Assembly (NCBI GenBank): GCA_907165135.1
Contig: OU015567.1
Coordinates: forward strand, 13,702,001-13,766,000
Length of the DNA: 64,000 bases
DNA from: Oikopleura dioica
Taxonomy: Eukaryota > Animalia > Chordata
Direction: 5' to 3'
Shown here: positions 48,040-63,506 of the stretch, in pieces
Layout of the letters: each line of letters opens with the position of its first letter
How positions within the stretch are numbered: the stretch's first letter is position 1
The notes under the pieces: model-generated
Told to the model about the DNA's origin: nothing
Seen by the model: the letters and a program-made list of their open reading frames with translations, nothing else
Database searches by the model: none
Program-made: the position numbers and the translations under genes

Positions 48040-50554
48040 TCAGTTATTTTCTTGCGGAATCAACAACCCTTCGGCCCAGAGTGAGACGGCAAACTGGACC
48101 GCCTCACTAGCGGGTAGCTCCAGGTCGGATAGCAGAATAAATTCATCATCTTTCGCATTCATAAGCTTCATCAGTGATTCTTTGTAAGCCAAGGGAAAGC
48201 GAATGCATTTGGGCTCACTTTCACTTTTGCGCGGATAAATAAGGAGATGTATAAAGAGCAAGCTAAATCAAAGAAAGACCTTTACGCGCTGAAATGGGCA
48301 AAGGATCAGCGAGATTAAACGGCAGGGCGGGCCTAGGGGACATCGACTTTTTGAATTAAAGGGAAGTTAGGACTCCAAAGACGATTAAAAATAAATCTTT
48401 GCAAATGACTTGAGGTAAATCTCGGAGAAATTAAGCGATTATCCGCTGCCTAATCATGTGCGTTCGTCTTTCATTCTGCCACGAGTGAAGTAGGAATACT
48501 TCTGCTTCTTCTTCGCTCTCTGGCTCCAAGTCGCTTTTATTATCCTCCTCCATGTCTCCTTCTTTGGGCATGTTCCCAGCAATTCTCTCAATCTCACTCA
48601 TCTCCCCGCCATTTTTACCGTTCTCTTCGTTGTTGCCTGGCTCGTCCTCAAAGTCGCTCTCGACCAATTCCGGAATTTCATCGGCATTGTCATCGTCGTG
48701 GTCGTCTTCGAAGATGTAAATGTGCTTCTTTGTGCTAAGACGAACTGAGCAGTTGAGATCGAAGCTTTTCATCTTGCCAAACGTTTTTGGTTCTAGAGAC
48801 GAAATTATATTTGATTTATTTTAAAATTAATATTTTTATTTTTTATAAACGTGGTCTTTAAATTCAGGCTATTATACTGACCTTTGTATGGTGGCAATCT
48901 GTGAGCAAAGAAGTCCTTTCGCATCGGATCTTCTTCTGGCACATTTTCATCCGAAACACTCTCCGCTAGTTTGAGCAACAAGCCCTTCAAGTAATCCCGT
49001 TTCTCCGCGTTCGTGCTGATAGATCTGGACACTGCTTCTCTGAAAGTGGAATGCCTTTACCCATTTATGCGTCAACGTAAAATGAACTGGCCTAGGGGCC
49101 ACAAACACCGCCATTAAAAGGGTCGGGAAGGGCTAAACAAACTTCCTTGTTTAGGAGAAGGCGTTGAGAACGAGGCTAGATCATTTTTGTACATAAAACA
49201 AGCACTTTGCTAACAATTAATAATTACTCACCGCAACCATCTGGCTTCGTACGCAGCCTTGTCTAAGAAGGTTGAAAAATTGACATTCAACCATTGCGCA
49301 ACTGTGTTCTGATTGTTGGTCGTAAACTGAATGAAGGTGCTTGACTCGTTTTCGACTCCAAGCGTAGATGAAAACACGGCGCCTCGAGGAATATACAACA
49401 TGTCCCCGGGCGAGAGCACCAGCGTTTCATCTGCATCGCGCATTTCATCCTCTCTGAATTCTTCTATCGTCTGCTCTGGAGGAAGATCGATCTCGGACGC
49501 CTTCCATAATTTAATCGAGCTTTTTCCATTAAGCTAAAACACAATTTATAAATGACTAATTCGGGAATTAAAGAAGCTGTTTTAAAAGCAAAGTCAACAA
49601 GTCTCAACCAGAGTCGCTGATTGGCTCACTGTAAGTTTAGATAGTAGTGCCACAATTACCTGCTGGATAAAGGAGTCGGTGGAGTTGAATACGGGTGGCA
49701 GGGGTTTCGATTTCGCGGGCGAGATGCGAACTTTTGCTCCAACGAGGGACTGGAAGGTCTCTTCAAGATCGGCAATAACTCGCCACAGATCATCGCTAAA
49801 TTTTTCTTTCAACAAAAAGGGAGGTCTCTTTCTTACCAAAAGCGTTGTGGTTGATTGAAATCCAATGTGTACCCTTCATCGTTCACGATTCGCATTACAT
49901 TCGCGTAGGCCACGAAATCCTTGGGAGTTCCATCATATGCTGCCAGGTCGTACGCCGTGCTCTCGCCATTTTCGTTTCGCAAAAGCGTGAAATCGCGGAA
50001 GGCCGTAAGCTGCTCTGTTTTCGAGATCGCCTCGAATCGCTCTTTGTTGAAAAGGGATGACGCGTTGGATGCGAGTTTGGGGCGGATGAATAATTTGTGC
50101 GTTTTTTCGTAAATTGATGAAAAGAATTCGGATTCTGAGACGGGATAGAGGAAGTCCTTCAGGATTTTTTCTTTCTTTGACTAAAATGGTTTTATTTCGA
50201 TGATGATTTTCTTATCAGATAGTCTATCTGAGAGAGACAGCCTGGAATAATCCATCCATAACCCTCTTCTAGCGGCAATAAGGTGCTAGCCAAGGTGTCG
50301 ATTTTTAGAGCGAAAAGATTCAAATCAAAGCCAATAAATTGAGCACATACCGAGGTATCTGTCATTTTAATTCATCTTATAATGTTTCAAAACTTTTTAT
50401 CGATGGCTGTCTCCATATTCTTTCAATAACGAACCTGAAAGATTCCATTATCCTCGAGCCTCTTCTTCAATTCTGCATTATTTGCTGACTTGGACTTTTT
50501 GCCAACTGATGCTCCACTAGAACCTGCATTAGGAGCTGATCTCTTTTTGCCCAT
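48040..50554 (-). CDS. RIOX2: Ribosomal oxygenase 2 (MINA53)-like JmjC protein lacking catalytic residues
   Basis: MGKKRSAP basic N-terminus; LYPVSESEFFSSIYEK; LEETFQSLVGAKV; VLSPGDMLYIPRG; AHRLPPY. The C-terminal HSWQNERRTHM...IRFPLAY...SLWAEGLL matches MINA (HSLKNSRETHM...LRFPLSH...SLWTECL). Confidence 0.82.
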
Positions 50555-50689
50555 TCTAAAACTTGAATAAATGCAACACTGAGATAATTTGAAATCTTTT
50601 TTTTATTTTTCTTCGTTTTTGAATAAGTTAAATTAGAACTGAGGGACATAGCCAGGCGGATTTTATAAATATCTTCAGAATTTATCGCT

Positions 50690-51366
50690 TTATCGGTACA
50701 TATAGTCCATCTGGATGTTGGCGGCGATTTCGGGCTCCCACTTGTCGCCGTTCATGAGGAGCTTCTCCTTGTTGTACAAAAGTTCTTCGTGAGTTTCGGT
50801 CGAGTACTCAAAGTTGGGTCCTTCGACGATAGCGTCAACTAGACAAAGCGGTCAATATGGGGACACGAAAGTAAAGGTTTACCTGGGCAAGCTTCCATGC
50901 AGAAGCCGCAGTAGATGCACTTGGTCATGTCAATATCGTATCGAGTTGTTCTTCTCGATCCATCAGCTCGCTCTTCGGCCTCAATGGTGATAGCCTGAGC
51001 TGGGCAGGCAGCTTCGCAGAGCTTGCAAGCGATGCATCGCTCCTCGCCGGTTGGGTATCTAAACGTATGGGTGAACTCCCTTCATAAGAAGTTTCCGTAC
51101 CTTCGGAGAGCGTGTTCACCACGGAATCGGGGAGAAAGAGGTCCCTTTTCGAAGGGATAGTTAATAGTGGCAGGCTCAACGAAGAACTTGCCGAGACCCA
51201 TACCAACACCTCGGAAAATCTCGGAGATGAAGGAAGAGTTGGAAAGGCCGACCATCTGAGTTTTGAGGTCCGTGTTAAGACCTTCAGAGTTGACATATCG
51301 GAAAGAAGAGACTGGCGCGGAGGTGGAGAGGCATCGCGAGATCGACTTCTGCGGACCACGGAGCAT
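50690..51366 (-). CDS. NDUFS8: NADH dehydrogenase (ubiquinone) Fe-S protein 8 (TYKY)
   Basis: [26 protein letters not shown]|[58 protein letters not shown], preceded by a basic mitochondrial presequence; ends [12 protein letters not shown]. Confidence 0.97.
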
Positions 51367-51613
51367 TCTAAAAAAGAAATCCGTCAAGAACATCAACTTC
51401 AAATAATATTTCTTGATAAATAGTTAAAGGCAGTTGTTTATAAAAATGCCAGCAATATATACTGAGTATGTGCCAAAATGTCTTCATTTTAAAATCATAA
51501 GTGGGAAATATCTGTAGCTGAACTGTGTTCTGTGAGATGCGAGCTCGCTTTTCTCTTCATATGTCTGTACTTGATTGAAGCTGGGTATATACTGTTTCTC
51601 TTCTTGGTTAGTA

Positions 51614-52587
51614 TTAACGATGGTACATCACTCCTTTGATTGGTTCATATGCTTCTTTCGCCGGTACTGACAGAAATTTTTCTTCTCCTGTAGGAAATCG
51701 AATAAGAGCAGTTAGCCGGTCGCCGTAAACAACTCCCGTGTCCAGACCAAGATAGTTCTCGCCTTGTTGAAGTCGCCTTCTGGCATCGTGACCGAAGATG
51801 ACGCGGAACTCGCCTTCATTTTCCCATCGGGTGACCCAAGGCTCGCCTTCGTCGATGAGATGGGTCGGCTTGTCATTGTTAAAATTGCGCATGCGGACCA
51901 TGTAGTCAGGCTCTTGCTATAGTAAAATGTTTATCTATCTTGTTCTGATGGATACATGAACATAAGAATGATGTAACTAGCTCTTACATGTTCAAGACTC
52001 TTCTGTGGATCTAATCCCGCGTGAACGAGCATCCATCCAAGTGCTGGAATAGAAATCGTGTACGGAAGTTGTAGGATAAACTCAATGTCAGTAGAGGACA
52101 ACTTGCTAATGTAACTGTACTTGGATCTTCTTGTCAAAGAATTTGTGGTGGACCACTCTTCCAGCAACGCTTCTTCGTGATTACCGCGAACAACATGAGT
52201 GCTTCCAGTTTCCACCATTTCACGAACCTTTTTGACAACTTCAGCGGACTTCGGACCTTTGTTAACCAAGTCCCCAACAAGAAAGAGTTGCAAGGCAAAG
52301 TTTCCAGCCCTACCACCGTAGACTTCCTCTTTGACCAGGTCGAGGAGATCTTCAAATTCATCAAAGCATCCGTGTATATCGCCGATAACAACAACAGGGC
52401 GATTTTTATCCACATGTACGGTCTTGTGAGGCACTTCTGGCGGCGGAAAATGGTTGAAAAGTCGAATTTGCCCGGTGCCCTTTGCCAAAAAAGTCCGAAC
52501 TCGACTGCCTGCGTCGTAAAGAAAGAAATAGAGAACAGTTGTTACGCACAACAAGCCGGCAAACAAATTTGTGAACGTTCTTCGCAT
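51614..52587 (-). CDS. PPP-family metallophosphoesterase (ApaH/PrpE/Ppn2-like) with an N-terminal signal anchor
   Basis: Intact GDIHG, GDLVNKG, RGNHE, VHAG, FGH and LDTG motifs; hydrophobic LFAGLLCVTTVLYFFLY near the N-terminus; one intron. Confidence 0.88.
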
Positions 52588-52894
52588 CTGCTTTTACACT
52601 TTATTCTGAAAGTGAAGGCTTTATTCGGTTGTTTTGTGAATGTTTATTGTATAATAATTTCGCTAGTTGAAGGAAGAAGGCATCATTTCAAGCTACAGTA
52701 GCGCGATTTTCAATCAAGTAATCATCAAGTTCAACAAAGCAAAACTTTTCTTACAACACTTGTACACAGTCCGTGAAGATTAGAGTCGAGTAAATTGTCA
52801 TTTTTTATTTGTAGCGAAGACGGTTGGACCTTGTGTGATTTCCGATTTCCTTTTATTTTGTCTGACAGTTATTATAAATTTACAAATAAATAAG

Positions 52895-54067
52895 TTATTC
52901 GAGGTCTTCGTCGTCCATCTCAGGCGTTTGCTCTTTCGCGGGCACAGATGAAGCGGGCTCTTGGAATGCACTGTCGGTCAAGATTTCTGGCTGGCTCATT
53001 GGCTCATCAAGATCTTGTGAGACTGGGGCAGCTTCTTCAACGAGAGCTTCTTCAATAACTGGCTCCTGGGCGACCGGCTCGGCTGCAACTTCTTCAACGA
53101 CGGCTTCCTCATCGACAACTTCTTCGGCCTTGTTTTCTTCATTCTTTTCGACGACTACAGTAACTTTCTCAACCTGTGGAGCAGCGGCAACGACTGGGAC
53201 CTGCGCTTCGAATGGCTGCTGGATAGCTAAATGATCATGATTAAAAAAAATGTAATAAAAGACTTGCCTTGCTCAACAACGGGTTCTTCCTTAGCTTCGA
53301 CCTTCTCTTCAGCTGGCTTTGGGACCTCAATATCTTCCTTCTCCTCGTCAGAGTCATCAATAGAATCTTCTTCCAAAGTGTCAGCTGGGGCAACTTGTGG
53401 CGTCTTGAGAGAAGCGATCATCTCTTCTCGGGTCAACGACTTCTGTGCAGGAGCTTGAGAAGCAACTGCCTTTTTCAAGTGAGCTCTGGCTGCGTTGTAA
53501 TCATTTTCGTACTGTTGTTGGAGGACCGCAGCGAGATTTGGCAGCATGCGAGAAACAGTAGCGATGAGGTTGTCTCCCTTGGCAGTACCGCCAGAAAGAG
53601 CACTCAGAACAGCAGCAGAAGAAAATCGCTCCAGGGCCTTTGTTTTGTCGCCCTGTCCGAGGAGCATCTCTCCAGTTTGCACCTCTCGCATGACTGGAAA
53701 ATGATTATGAATTGATCGAATCGAGATCGGAATACTTACCGAGCTGCTGCTGCATCATTGGGTTAACAACAAATTTGATATCGCCGTCATCCTGTGGAAT
53801 GATTTGACCCTGAAGGGTGCCGAGGAGCTTGACGATATGAGGAGTATTTGCTTCTTCGAATTCTGCTCGACGTTGAGCAACAAGCTTTGTTTTGTAGTCT
53901 GGCTGTGATCGACGCTTGTAATCATAGTAGCAGAAGTAAATACTAATTGCTGTTCCGGTGCAGAAGAGGAGACCGAGATCATGGTAGCCACTTTTGAATG
54001 ATCTTGCCCCCAAAACAGCGGACACAGCGCCCGCTGCACCTGGAACGATTAACGACGAAATAGACAT
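52895..54067 (-). CDS. TOMM20: Mitochondrial import receptor TOM20-like protein with a long acidic C-terminal extension
   Basis: YFCYYDYKRRSQPDYK corresponds to the TOM20 YCIYFDRKRRSDPNFK motif, and REVQTGEMLLGQG to EEIQLGEELLAQG. The tail is rich in E/V/A/P. Confidence 0.8.
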
Positions 54068-56090
54068 TCTTTAAAAAAATATTCTAAGTCTCGGCTAACC
54101 ATAAATTTTTGTGCCTTTCCTGCTCAAAGAGAACCTGCTTCTTAGAAAGCAATTTTCGCTGCATTGATAAGCATAAAAACAAACAAAATAAAACGCTCGA
54201 ATTCAATGATTTGACAAAATATTATTTATTCAATATATTTTGATAGTAAACAGACAGTCTGATTACATTTTCAGGAACAATAACAGGAGCACTTCTGTCT
54301 CAGTTATGCGTTTGAAATTGAATAAATCCTAACAATTGAGAAATTTAAAATTTTAACTAAAGATGTGGTTTTTTCAGTAGAGTAAAAAAGTAGTGAGTCC
54401 GAATTTAGTCTATGAGCATTACAGTCAGTAATATGCAGTAACGGATTCATACCTGCTTCATAACTTGATTTATGTAAACAGATTCTGAAAGGGAAAAATT
54501 TGTTAGATCGTGCAAACTACAGCAAGGAAGAATACTAATAGTAGGACAGTAAAAATGCTTCAAGGTACGATATCTTGAAGCACGATTGTTATTTTTAACT
54601 TTGCACCACTAAGATACGGATATTTAACGATTTTGGCGCAATAATACAACAGTCAGCAGGCGTACTCAATTAATGTCCCTCTGATTAGTCTTAAACGCAC
54701 TGGCAATACAAGCAGTTACCGATGGCCTGATATTACATTCGATCAGCTCGTTGGTCATCAATTACTTCCTGCGAACAGTGCGGTACTTGAGTATTATTAA
54801 TTTGGGAATATCTTTAGAATTTTATTTACCCCGGGCAACCGTTTTTGAAATTAATAAAAAATGCGCACATCTCCTTGAAATGAATTTTCTGTGTCGTAAC
54901 GAGTCAGTTATTGAATATCATATAAAATCGCAGTTATATGTAAAGTACGCCGCATGATTAGTGCATGTTACTAGAGGAAAATCGCATTGTATCCATTCTA
55001 GCTGAGGTACAGAAACAGCTCTTGTGGAACTAGAACTGAATGTAGCCTGACGATACTGGGCATATCCGGCGGAGAGAGAGGACTCTCCAACGCTGATTTC
55101 CCACATTCGGCAAGCTGAAGCGAGTTTCTGAAGAGATCAGAAACCCAACGCTTATTTTGCACCTTCAAAAAGGTGTCAAAAACACCTTGATCAAATGTAT
55201 AAAATGAACTTTTAGAATCAAACGCGAGAAAAAAAGCAACAAGCTTATTTATAATATCGTTATCTACACTTCGCACTTGGAGTACAGATTCGAAAGATTA
55301 AATTAAAATATGCGACTGTGTAAAAACCATATTTTTATCAACAAAAAATCATGAGTAAAGCTGCCTCATTCGTGTTTGGAATAAGAAAGACTTTCTGGGG
55401 GGATCGGTAGTAGAAATAAATAAGAAAGTCTAGGAATAAAGGCAGTCGAGGTTGTTACCGTAAGTTTTTACAAAATCATCTCTGTCATTTTCGTAAATCT
55501 AAGAGACCTGATCGTGCTCAGAATTAATCTGGGCGAGGGTCTCCTTTTTATGGCTCTTATAAATAATATCCTCGTATTCAATAAATAACAGAAAATGTGC
55601 GTGTCGGGCTTCGAATGAGTTTGTTCGAAACCAGTCTTTAGGTCCGCCCCTGAGGTAATGTTTCGGGCAATATCGCGAGCGAGAGGAATTAAAATTAGAA
55701 AAAATATAGCCTCGCGAAAAAGAAGAACATCTTTTGAATGAATGGTTTGGTGAAAAAATTGTTTTGTCCTTCAAAAATAATTTAAGGGTTTATCTTTACT
55801 TCGGGGGGAAAGGAAATGCAATTGAGGGGGATAGGGATGGAGAGGGCAGAGATAGGGACAAGTTTATGCTTGAGTATCAGCACGCCAACTTTTGCTGACT
55901 TCGTGTCGTATGTTTTGCACCGTACGACAAAATAATTACGTTAAGAAAGTGTAAATGAGAAGAGAGCGGCGAGAAATCTCGCTATAAAAAATAGTGCGAA
56001 ACAAGTGTTGTCTTATTAACTGGTGAAAGTAGACGATGAGATCGGGAAAAAAGAGTGATACGAACGTGAGAAGCAGCGGGTTCTGCTTGC

Positions 56091-58545
<2,455 letters not shown>

Positions 58546-61500
58546 TAAAAAATCATGATAAAAAAACGAGGCAATGATCAAGCAAAGATTGGTTTTAGTA
58601 GAAATAATCAAAGAAAAGAGAACTGATTCGTTTCTAATTTCGGTAAGAAAATAACAGTCTAATACCGTCGCCAAGTGGTAGCTCCTTAATCAAAAAGGAG
58701 TACTTGAAAGAAGCAACTGAGAGCTCATGCAATAACTGAAACTGCTCTCAGATGCTCTGTTTTCGCTATCTAGTTATGAGTTTTGTTATGAATATGAAAT
58801 AATCACGCACGCAAAAGATTGGTCAAATCAAAAACTGGGCTACCGGCTCGGGACAGGGAGCAATCCACTTCATAGATGGGTCAACTTGAAAGGGGACAGT
58901 ATTCGACTGAATTACCTTGTTCTCATCTGGCGCCCGATAGTCCTTCTCGGGTTCGTAACTCATTTCTGAAAAGAATAGGGATTAATATCGACATAAAGCA
59001 GATAAAATATATCGTTTAACCACTCAAATGGGGCACAGGTTTTAATGCAGAGATAATTTTATCTAAGAATACTCGAAAAAACTGTTTTAGATTTGATTGC
59101 TGTTGTTGTTTCATTTTTTAAAATCTCGTATTTTCCATTTGGCAACTCTCTTTTGTTCGGAAAAGCAAGTAATAACGGAGATGGAAAATCGGCGAGGGAA
59201 ATGATGTCTTATGCGCAGCGCTTGGCGACGATTGGATGAGTCAGGTTGCCAATGAGAAGGTGTCGCTGGCGCCGAGATTGGAGCAAACGAACCAAAACCT
59301 GGTTCGGGCCACCTGCATTTCCTGCCGAAGCAGAAAAATCAATTTCAATGGGACCGGTGTTACCGACGGGGTTGAAGGGGAATAGCTAAGTTTCGTGTTG
59401 AGAATCGCTTTTCAAGTCGCTTGAATCTTGTTTATTATTCTGTTAGCTCTAGAAATTCTTCTTCCCGATGATCAATGATTAGATGTAAATGGTACTGCAG
59501 TTCCTACTGTTAACGTATCAGTACCACTTCCAAATTAAGACATTCAATTACAGTGGCGACCAATATTGATTCCCTCCAAAAATGCGACCCTCGAGGGCTA
59601 ACAATTTGCAGCAAGTTACGGTCTGTATTACAGACTCTGAGATTTACAGACGTTTAGAAGATGAACAAGGCTACCTCCAATCATATCGACGATATGATAT
59701 CGTCTTTTATATCGTCTAAAGATAATCCCAAGTTGTATCGAAATCTTGATTCAGGAACGCTGCATTGAGTTCGCTGATGCATATCGAGCTCATACGATCT
59801 TCCCAGATCTTGAAACCTCTTCAATTCCGCTGACGCTCACCAGTTGACCCGCTTATTTCATGGCTAAGGTTACTCAAGAATAAAAACCGAAACCAAATAT
59901 TTTTCGGATCTCGCGGTCATATTTTTCAAGAGCACGTTCATTTCATCATTCTATTATTTCTTGCAAGAAAGGCTGATTTCGAAAATGATTGCGCTAAACT
60001 TTTTTTAATTCAATTTCATGGACAGCTTGTCACGGAAATGATTTATATTCTAGCTCTGGAATCAGTACCTAGTAGTGAATTGGGTGAACTTTTTAATTCA
60101 AAATGTCTTCTAATAGTTTTAGTTTATCAGCAATTTCTAAATCAAGGTGACTCTCAAACTGGTTCCTAGATTTCATGATGATTTGGGCTCAAGGAAGAGT
60201 ACTTTTTCCCAGGATGGTAAACTCGATTTAAATCTCATCTGTCTAAGCGACGGTAGTAAAGAAATTCGACAACGAATGAGTTGAATAATTCAACCACGAA
60301 ACTGTTATTGATAGCCAATTACCAGCTATTGCCAGAAGAAAGTATTCCGAAGCAAGTTCGAATCAGTTCTTGATACTAATGTGCCTTCTTTGCTTTTCAT
60401 CAAATTGGCGTTCTGATTTCGCCTCCTGTAATTGGCAGCGCCAAGTTGTTGGCCAAGTGAATGCTAATTGCGTGAACATGATGGATAACAGCTTACATGC
60501 TGCTAAATTGGACGTTTAATTTAGTCAGTCGGGCGAAATAGGTAGCTTTTGGCCGATTTATCCGTCAAATTCAAGGTCACTTTACAGTTCTAGCTTGACC
60601 CAATTTCTCACTGAGCATTTTCCTGAAACCTGCTTTTGTGAAAAGCCTGAGTTCATCTAAGGCCATAAATACTTAAAAATTAATTCCATAAGGGCCACTA
60701 ATAGTGAGACCGGCGATAGAGCTGTCAAATCAATCAGCCACTGGACTTTGATAAAATCATTTCTGATAATAAGGAGACGCCTCGACAAAAACAATTCCTG
60801 ACCAGAGGTCTCGTGTGGTCCACTAGCGAGCGCTTTGGTGGTCTACAACTTCAATCGTGTAACTGTCAAGCAGCATAACAATTATCGGAAGCAGAAACAA
60901 CCCCCGACAAACATAAAGCCTTCATGTAGCACAGACAGGAAAATAACTTTATAACGCTTCTCAAACCATCATTTTGTTTATAATATATTTAGAATAATTT
61001 CTACCTAACTTTCTAAAGTAGGAACAAATCGTAAAATTCGATCTTTTGACCTTGACTTTACCTAATGATACCCTTATTTTACTAGCAGTAAAACTCGAGA
61101 AGCCGCTTGCGGCTCTGAACAAACTTTGGGAAAAGCCGCCCGAAGTGCGGCTAAAATATTTATTTGTCGAATCCACTTTCCTGGATGTCAATCTTCACAC
61201 GAGTTCTAGAGTCACGTGAATCCGTGCTGAGTACAAATCTGAAATTCCAAAAACATTGACACGCGCATCAACTATCATGTGTTTTGATAGATACAGGCTT
61301 GTAAAGCGAGTCTTATGCTCGACGGAAGTCGCCGATTTCCAGCAAAAGTTGACAATTTGCGCCAGACGGGCGCGCAGCGAATTTCGCATTTTTGTTGTTT
61401 CGCGGCCACATGATTAGAATATTATGAATTTTTCAATGGAAATTACTAACAAGTTAAATGGAGCTGTATATTTGCACTGTCTAGGGAATCTAGCGCGCGT

Positions 61501-63059
61501 ATTGACAGAGTAAGCCCGTGAGTTGTGGTACGGCTCCTCCAGCTGTCAAGAAGCTGCTGAGTCCTCTACTCTATTTGACGAGTAGAATCATTCTTTTCCC
61601 GTTGAAGATTTGCGAGTCGGAATGCATCAATAAACAAGCCCATTCCTTATCACGCGAATCTTCTTATTAGTACTTCCAGGCTGATTGGAAGGAAGGGTCA
61701 TCTGAGTCCGACTAAAAGCTGATTCTGCGGTTGTTTACCTGCGGTTATCTTGATAACTTATCAAGAGGATTGAATAATTTCCGGGCATTAAAATTGAATT
61801 ATGTGATTAATAGTAGGCACAAGAGAGTAAGAAAAAAGTTCGAAGCGATTTGATTTGTAATGAAAAATTTTCCGGAGTAATTGGAACGGCCCCGGCTGAC
61901 AGACGGCCGGGCGCAGTTTCTCGACAATTATTCATGATTTTCAGCATTACTGTAAAAAGTAGAAAACATCGTTCTGAACCCGGCGCCTAAGCGAAGAAAA
62001 AGCGATCAAAGTATTACTTCTTAGATCGTTTAATGAGATCCGTTTGTCAGTTATAGACCGGATGCCATAAAACCCCGTTACAAAATGACGTTGGTACATA
62101 ACGAATAAAATATTTGTTTGCTTTTATTAATCTGATTTTAGGAGACAGCATCTTTATGAGACGCCGAACGATAATTTAAATCTGAAAGGTTAAAGCTCTC
62201 CTAGTGAGCTGTTACATGAATGATCCTCGTTTATGGTCGTTTATCGGAGTGAAAGAAGGACTCAAAGCTGGAGGCCCTCGAAAAATGGGCAGAGCCGTTT
62301 GGGCAGGTGAGAGATATTGTCACTCACTGCTTCCAATTAGAAATTGCTTACAAATTAGAAATGTTACTGTGCATTTCTTAGAGTTATGAAAGTTTTCTTC
62401 GGAGAACGGGGTGTTCCATCATGTCTGTATTTGGTTTCTTTTTATTGTAAAATTTTGCGCTGATCTGAGCCGCGGGCTGCAAGGTGGTAGACTTCCGTTT
62501 CTCTCACGTTCATTGCCGAAATCTGTGTAATCAGGCACGAACGTGGTGTTATAAAAATAGAATGCCCTCCTTTGTTACAGTAAAGCTGGGCAACTAGAAT
62601 ACATGCTCAGCGATTCCGCGGCGCATTCCTTTCGCTTCAGATTTTTTAACCTTGGGAGAGAGGATCTTTCAGATAATATGCGCGACATGGTGTGGATATC
62701 TTCGCTGCTTAACCCACAGCTGCGCTGTCAACAGGGACATGCACATGCAGGGAAGTGCTCAAAAGTTGACATGTAAATCCAGCTCAACATATTTTACTGC
62801 CGCTCTTATCGATAACCTAGTCTAAGGAGCAAAGCTTCATACTGAAGGATATCGGCACTAATTCTTAACCCTAACTCTAACTCTGTTTTTAGACATGTCT
62901 GACAGACATTTCTTCAAATATTTCGCTTGCAAAAAAACCTTATTACTTCCGATGATTTTCTCGATTATTTGAACCCTTATCCTTATTCCAGCTCTAAATT
63001 GTTACATCCTAGGAGACAGTAAGTGATTGTGAATTTCATCATACCAGCACTAGAACAGA

Positions 63060-63506
63060 CAGATCGAGCGTCATTTCGCGCATTTTGCGTTGCTGCGCTA
63101 ATTAGCGCCTCCTCAAGGTGGCGGCCGGAGCGCGCGCGGCCGCGCATCGCCCTGCCTCGGAAGCGGGGAAGGGTTCTACTCAGCCAAGGTCGCCAAGTTT
63201 GCCGCCACTTGATATAATTATACTTAGAGAGACTCAAGTTGCTTATTTTTCTGAAATCGTTAGTTCGCGCCAGACGACCGCGCTCCTCGGGCACACACGC
63301 CTTCTGAATTGGGCACACGTGCGACTCGTGCCTCAACAACTCACAAAGAGAAATTCTAGTTTCCTCCAAAGCCGAAGAAGCTAGTTTGTCAAGCAGAAAA
63401 ATAAAACAAGAAAACGAAACAGACAAAAAGAGAGAGAGAAAGAACAGAAGAGTAGAGAAGATTAATTTCCAGCATGCTGAAAACGAGCCTGAGCATACTT
63501 GTAAGT
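63060..63506 (+). promoter_or_regulatory. GC-rich promoter-like island and probable non-coding first exon of a gene extending beyond the window
   Basis: CpG-dense stretch (GCGCGCGCGGCCGCGC), then a purine-rich tract and a GTAAGT donor at 63501; same layout as the island upstream of calcineurin. Confidence 0.35.

Noticed and set aside
1812-50220. Recurring TATCAGA(T/C) motif near several gene ends (1812, 15467, 38336, 50213)
   Set aside because: A few occurrences of a 7-8-mer in 64 kb is about the chance expectation.
50181-50350. Possible intronic snoRNA in the 170-nt RIOX2 intron (8-bp hairpin TCAGATAG-T-CTATCTGA; segment resembling 18S antisense)
   Set aside because: No properly spaced C/D or H/ACA boxes on the sense strand; rRNA complementarity could not be verified.
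54100-55950. Short minus-strand ORFs between TOMM20 and DDX3
   Set aside because: No domain or coherent exon chain; part is probably DDX3 3' UTR or operon promoter.
62983-63426. ORFs on both strands over the GC-rich island
   Set aside because: Low-complexity Arg/Ala translations typical of GC-rich non-coding DNA; no domain.
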